A stretch of 64,000 bases of DNA, from positions 152,334,001 through 152,398,000 of the forward strand of contig NC_043000.1 of assembly GCF_006345805.1 (NCBI RefSeq), in the 5' to 3' direction. Positions 60,215-64,000 of the stretch are shown here, in pieces. The position numbers and the translations under genes are program-made. Under the pieces are notes generated by a model that was given only the letters and a program-made list of their open reading frames with translations, was not told where the DNA came from and searched no databases. Every line of letters starts with the position of its first letter. The stretch's first letter is position 1. The stretch comes from Octopus sinensis (lineage: Eukaryota).

Positions 60215-61356
60215 AAATTGCAGCTTTCCACTTGTATTTGTTTGCTTTTTAAGGCTGCTGAAGTGGACTAAGCTATTATAAAGGAGGCAGTTGAATGCAG
60301 ATCAGTGATCAGGTTCTTATACTTGAAATGTTACACACCAAAAGGGGCATTTGATGAGATGAAAGAAGTTCATGGTGATGATGTACAATCATACGACATA
60401 GTCAAGCACTGGCATTGCACTTTCAAATTTGGTTGGACATCGGTGGAAACTACTATTCCTGGATGACCACATTCTGCCATTGATATCAACACCGTCCATA
60501 AAGTGGAAGCTGCCATTCTGGAGGTTTGCTGCATAACCATTCAGCAACTAGCCTAAGGAATGAAGATAAGTGTAGGGTCTGTGGAAAAAATCATTCACAA
60601 CCATTTGCACATATGGAAGTTGGCTGCATGATGGATTCCCCAGATGCTCACATATTTTCAGAAGCAGGAATGAGTCAATTGCTCTCAGGCTCTTTTGGCA
60701 ATGTGCCAAGAAAACAAGGAGGACTTTTTCAGCAGACTTATCGCACAGGATAAAACATGGGTCCATCACTATGGTCCTGAGACTAAAGTCTAGTCGAAGC
60801 AATGAAAGTATGATAACTCACAACCGCCAAAGAATGCTTGTGTCCAACCTTCAACAGGCAAGGTGATGCTCACAGTCTTTTGGAACCAGTGGGGAGTAGT
60901 GATGATGGATTTTCTGGCAAAGGGCATCATAATTAATGAGGCATATTATGCTTCTCTGCTGCAGAAATTGCAGGATGCCATCAAAGCAGAAAGGCATAGC
61001 ATGCTGACCAAAGGAGTCCACCTCCTCCAAGACAACACCCCAGTTCACAATGTGCATGTTGCGCAAATGACAGTACACTCCTGTGGCTATGAAATCCTTC
61101 CTCATCCCCCTTACTGTTCCAATCTTGCACCATCTGACTTCCGTCAGATAATGAACTTATTTCTGAGGTAAAGAATTTGTTCCAGACACAACCTACCGAC
61201 TTTTACAGATGAGGTCTTCACAGCTGCATAAAACAATGGAGAAGTGTGTCACCATTGGTGGTGGCCATATAGAAAAAGAATAATAATTATATCAAGTTTC
61301 ATTTATCCCAGTCCTTGAGAAGTTGGTTAGGGGAAAACATTAACAAACACCCCTCA
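60215..61356 (+). mobile_element. mariner (DD34D) transposase fossil
   Basis: WIPQML, QDKTWVHHY, KVMLTVFWN, QDNTPVH, PPYCSNLAPSDF; stops and frameshifts; 3' TIR-like acaaacacccctc. Confidence 0.85.
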
Positions 61357-61635
61357 GACGTTTCATTTGGTTCTTGGTATCATTAAAATTATATCTACTC
61401 TCTAGTTAGTTATTTAGTTATCTGCATTTAATTATCTGGTTGTATAAATTTGACAATAAGTGCATGACAGAAATTACATAACACACCATAAAACAAAATG
61501 ATTCTGTTAGAGATATTTAGAGTTGCAGTAAAATAATTTAGATAATTTGTCTGGAAAGCCTATATAAGTCTTGATTCCACAAGTGCTGAACAAGATCCAT
61601 TTAGCAATAAATTGTGATATTTTGCTTGACAGAGT

Positions 61636-61753
61636 CTCCTCCTCATCCTGCTCCTGCACCTGATCCTGCACCTCCTCCTGCTTCTCCTCCTCCTCCTGCC
61701 CCTCCTCCTCCTCCTCCTCCACCGCTGCCGCCACTGCCACCGCCGCCTGTGCA

Positions 61754-61793
<40 letters not shown>
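61636..61793. repeat. compound trinucleotide repeat (CCT/CCA/CCG/CTA)n
   Basis: read directly. Confidence 0.9.
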
Positions 61794-61891
61794 ATGCCAA
61801 AGATTTAGGATTGAATTTAATACTCTCTGCCTTTTCTTTTCAATATGTTTACAATGTTTGTTATAATTTTCTCCAATTAACACATTGACAG

Positions 61892-62151
61892 AAAGTGGTT
61901 GTGGTGGAAATCTGACAACCGTCAACGGAACATTTGCCAGTCCAAATTATAGACTAAACAGCAACTTCAGTTTGAGCAATACAGAATGTGTTTGGAAGAT
62001 TACCGTGCCACACGGCAGAAAGATAAAACTGGATTTCTCTCAGATTAGTTTGGATGACAAAAACACAACAGTTAGCTGTACTACAAATTATGTCAGTGTT
62101 TACAGTGGTGTAAAAGGACCCCAAAATTTCATCGGTTCTTATTGTGGACAA
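61892..62151 (+). CDS. CUBN: exon w16, CUB N-part (ESGCGGNLTTVNGTFASPNY...GSYCGQ)
   Basis: gacag acceptor, gtaagt donor, phase 1/0. Confidence 0.93.
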
Positions 62152-62739
62152 GTAAGTTTCCTTTTTATTAAGTGTCTCTGTCTATTGAGCTAATCTCCAA
62201 ATTTTTAAGAAGTGGTTAAGATTTTTTGAGCACAAACTATTTTATCGTGATGAGGATAACCAAGAAAAGATGAAAGGACTTTGTAAAATTTTAAGGCAAG
62301 ATTAATATGTCACTTCAAATTTTAAGTTCCTTTCCTATATATTTTTTTTAAATAGTTTATAACCTTGATCATTATGAAAATTTGTCCAAACTATACTTTG
62401 GGGTTTTACCAACATATTCATATGTTTCCAGTTCTTAATTATAATATCATCTTCTACTTAAGATTATCATTAAAGAGATTACTCATCACTGATACTCCTA
62501 TTTTCAAATTTAATAAAATAAATATTACCCAGCCTACAATTCAACATAACAGTGATATGAAGTGAACTGATTATCAAATTAAATGTAGCTCTAAAATCAT
62601 TTATTGTAACTTATTTAGAATTTCAGTTTTTGTTTTATGTAATATAGTTGAAACTAATGAAATTTGTAAGTTCAGGACATTTTGTAAATATATTATTATT
62701 ATTATTATTAATATTATTATTATTATTTCTCCTTTCCAG

Positions 62740-62853
62740 GATCAACCAGATACTATTATATCACCATCAAATGTGTTGAGTGTGATCTTAAAAGTTGATG
62801 GCATTTACAAAGCTCCAAAATTCATAATCCGGTATATAAGTGAGTGGAAATAA
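62740..62853 (+). CDS. CUBN: exon w17, end of last CUB (DQPDTIISPSNVLSV...FIIRYI); reads through to SEWK-stop, or splices at 62839/62840
   Basis: tttccag acceptor, phase 0; in-frame TAA at 62851-62853; alternative gtgagt donor at 62840. Confidence 0.85.
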   Translation, partial: DQPDTIISPSNVLSVILKVDGIYKAPKFIIRYISEWK

Positions 62854-62854
62854 A
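62849..62854 (+). promoter_or_regulatory. AATAAA hexamer overlapping the putative stop codon (possible poly(A) signal)
   Basis: ggaAATAAAc; further AATAAA hexamers lie near 63292 and 63578. Confidence 0.3.
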
Positions 62855-63065
62855 CATTTAGATTTCATATGCAGCCCGTTTGGATCATAGAATCACATCC
62901 GTTCACATTCAATTAATTAGATTTGTTTTTTTTCTCTTTTTTGTGTGTGTTTGTGCTTTACTGACAATTTTGAAGTATGAACAGTTGAATCTTAATGTAC
63001 TTGTTTTTAAAAAGTAAAGTTATTTATATTCAAAATTAGAATTTGTTTTTATTTATCAATTTCTA

Positions 63066-63290
63066 TAGGTGCAGGCATGGCTCTGTGTATATATTTGTGT
63101 GTTTGTGTCTGTGTTTGTCCTTCCACCATCACTTCACAACTGAACCGTAACTTAGTGGTTCAGCAAAAGAGACCGACAGAATAAGTACCAGGCTTACAAA
63201 GAATAAGTCCAGGGGTCGATTTCTTCAACTAAAAAGCAGTTCTCTGACATGGCTACAGTTACAATGTCTGAAACAAGTAAAAGAGTAAAA
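63066..63290 (+). mobile_element. SINE family A with internal deletions
   Basis: head remnant joined to the family-A tail. Confidence 0.75.
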
Positions 63291-63539
63291 AAATAAAACA
63301 AGAATTTGAAGCAATGAATTAAAACTGTGATTTGAAATCCCTCTGTAAACTGTAACTCAAATCAATACTTAACTAAATCTTGTCGGAAATAGATATGGTA
63401 AGGACCTTAGTGATAAGCACCACAAAAAGATTTTTTCTTGTATAACATCTAATTCTAGAATTAAACATATGTAAGTCTTCATATTTGCTTAGTAAGCATG
63501 GAAAAAGGGTATAAATGCATGCATGATTGTATTGGTAAA

Positions 63540-63830
63540 AGAGTGCATTGGAATGTTGGCTGAGTGAGTGGTCTTGAAATAAAAGGTAAGTGATATGAAC
63601 ATGGACCAGAGGCTGTGACAGAGAATAAAAATTACAAGGTCTTATGGAATTTTCCCATAAAGACTGAGCATATTATTGCAGCAAGAAGAACAGATATGAT
63701 TATAGGGGACAAAATAAACAAACAGTAGATCATGATCTTTCACAATTCCTTGTGATAACAGAGTTGATACCAAAGAAATTGATAAAAATTAAGAAATATC
63801 AGGACCTAAGCAGAAAGTTGAAATGATGTT
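63540..63830 (+). mobile_element. R4/Dong-like endonuclease fragment
   Basis: KVLWNFPIKTEHIIAARRTDMII resembles the KILWDF..D.VI.ARRPD motif. Confidence 0.6.
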
Positions 63831-63929
63831 GGGAGACAAATCAACAATTGTTCTAACAAACCAGACTTGCATTGTCACCTTCTGAAAAGTACCATCCTAT
63901 ATTCTGGATTTTGAGATTTCACGTTGCTC

Positions 63930-64000
63930 CAGTCCACTCAGCTGGCAAAAATGAGTAATGCTGTGATGGACTGGCGTCCCATCCAGCTGGGGAACACATA
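63930..64000. repeat. probable SINE body fragment cut by the window edge
   Basis: ctccagtccactcagctg...ctgtgatggactggcgtcccatccag. Confidence 0.3.

Larger units (their letters stand above)
1166..62853 (+). other. CUBN: Cubilin-like gene, 3' portion (17 exons, about CUB19-CUB27); 5' part lies upstream of the window
   Basis: 17 exons with AG/GT boundaries whose phases join into one 965-codon frame of tandem CUB domains. Motifs CGSYY..YENNQNC..VLLT, QNIS..VFYS, CNRTY..SPGWP..SLFFH and SGCGG..YCG occur in the order I recall for human cubilin CUB22, 25, 26 and 27. Confidence 0.85.

Noticed and set aside
60863-61171. 102-aa transposase ORF as an active or domesticated gene
   Set aside because: It is a fragment between stops and frameshifts of the mariner fossil.
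61507-61808. Pro-rich and Glu-rich ORFs next to exon w16
   Set aside because: Compound trinucleotide repeat; the cubilin frame joins w15 to w16 without it.
62854-64000. A further CUB or transmembrane exon after w17
   Set aside because: None found; the region holds only a SINE-A remnant, an R4-like fragment and a SINE piece. One could still lie beyond the window.

Overview
Animal genomic DNA, AT-rich and extremely repeat-dense. The repeat families look like those I recall from Octopus; that assignment is inference, not a database match. One protein-coding gene spans the window on the + strand. I traced 17 GT-AG exons (1166..62839/62853; 2895 coding nt, 965 codons, one open frame) encoding half of one CUB domain plus 8 complete CUB domains. 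The domain order matches my recollection of the last domains (CUB19-27) of cubilin, so this is probably the 3' end of the CUBN orthologue. Exons are numbered w1-w17 within this window. The introns are filled with mobile DNA: three tRNA-derived SINE families (called A, B, E here), many 5'-truncated RTE LINE ends, decayed R4/Dong-like and CR1/L2-like LINEs, Helitrons, Tc1/mariner, hAT and piggyBac MITEs, a mariner fossil and long microsatellites. The most unusual signal is a set of fold-back insertions with Penelope-like hallmarks (28.2, 42.8-43.9, 46.3-46.8 and 58.3 kb). Two of them carry minimal hammerhead-ribozyme folds on the sense strand of the pre-mRNA, and one of those has the core C3-G8 pair swapped to G3-C8. 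Other oddities are a 27-nt exact intronic copy of exon sequence, a template-switch hairpin, a chimeric SINE, a strand bias of SINE-A explained by a cryptic acceptor, and an ambiguous last exon (stop plus AATAAA versus a perfect phase-1 donor). All coordinates were counted by hand; repeat ends may be off by a few bases.
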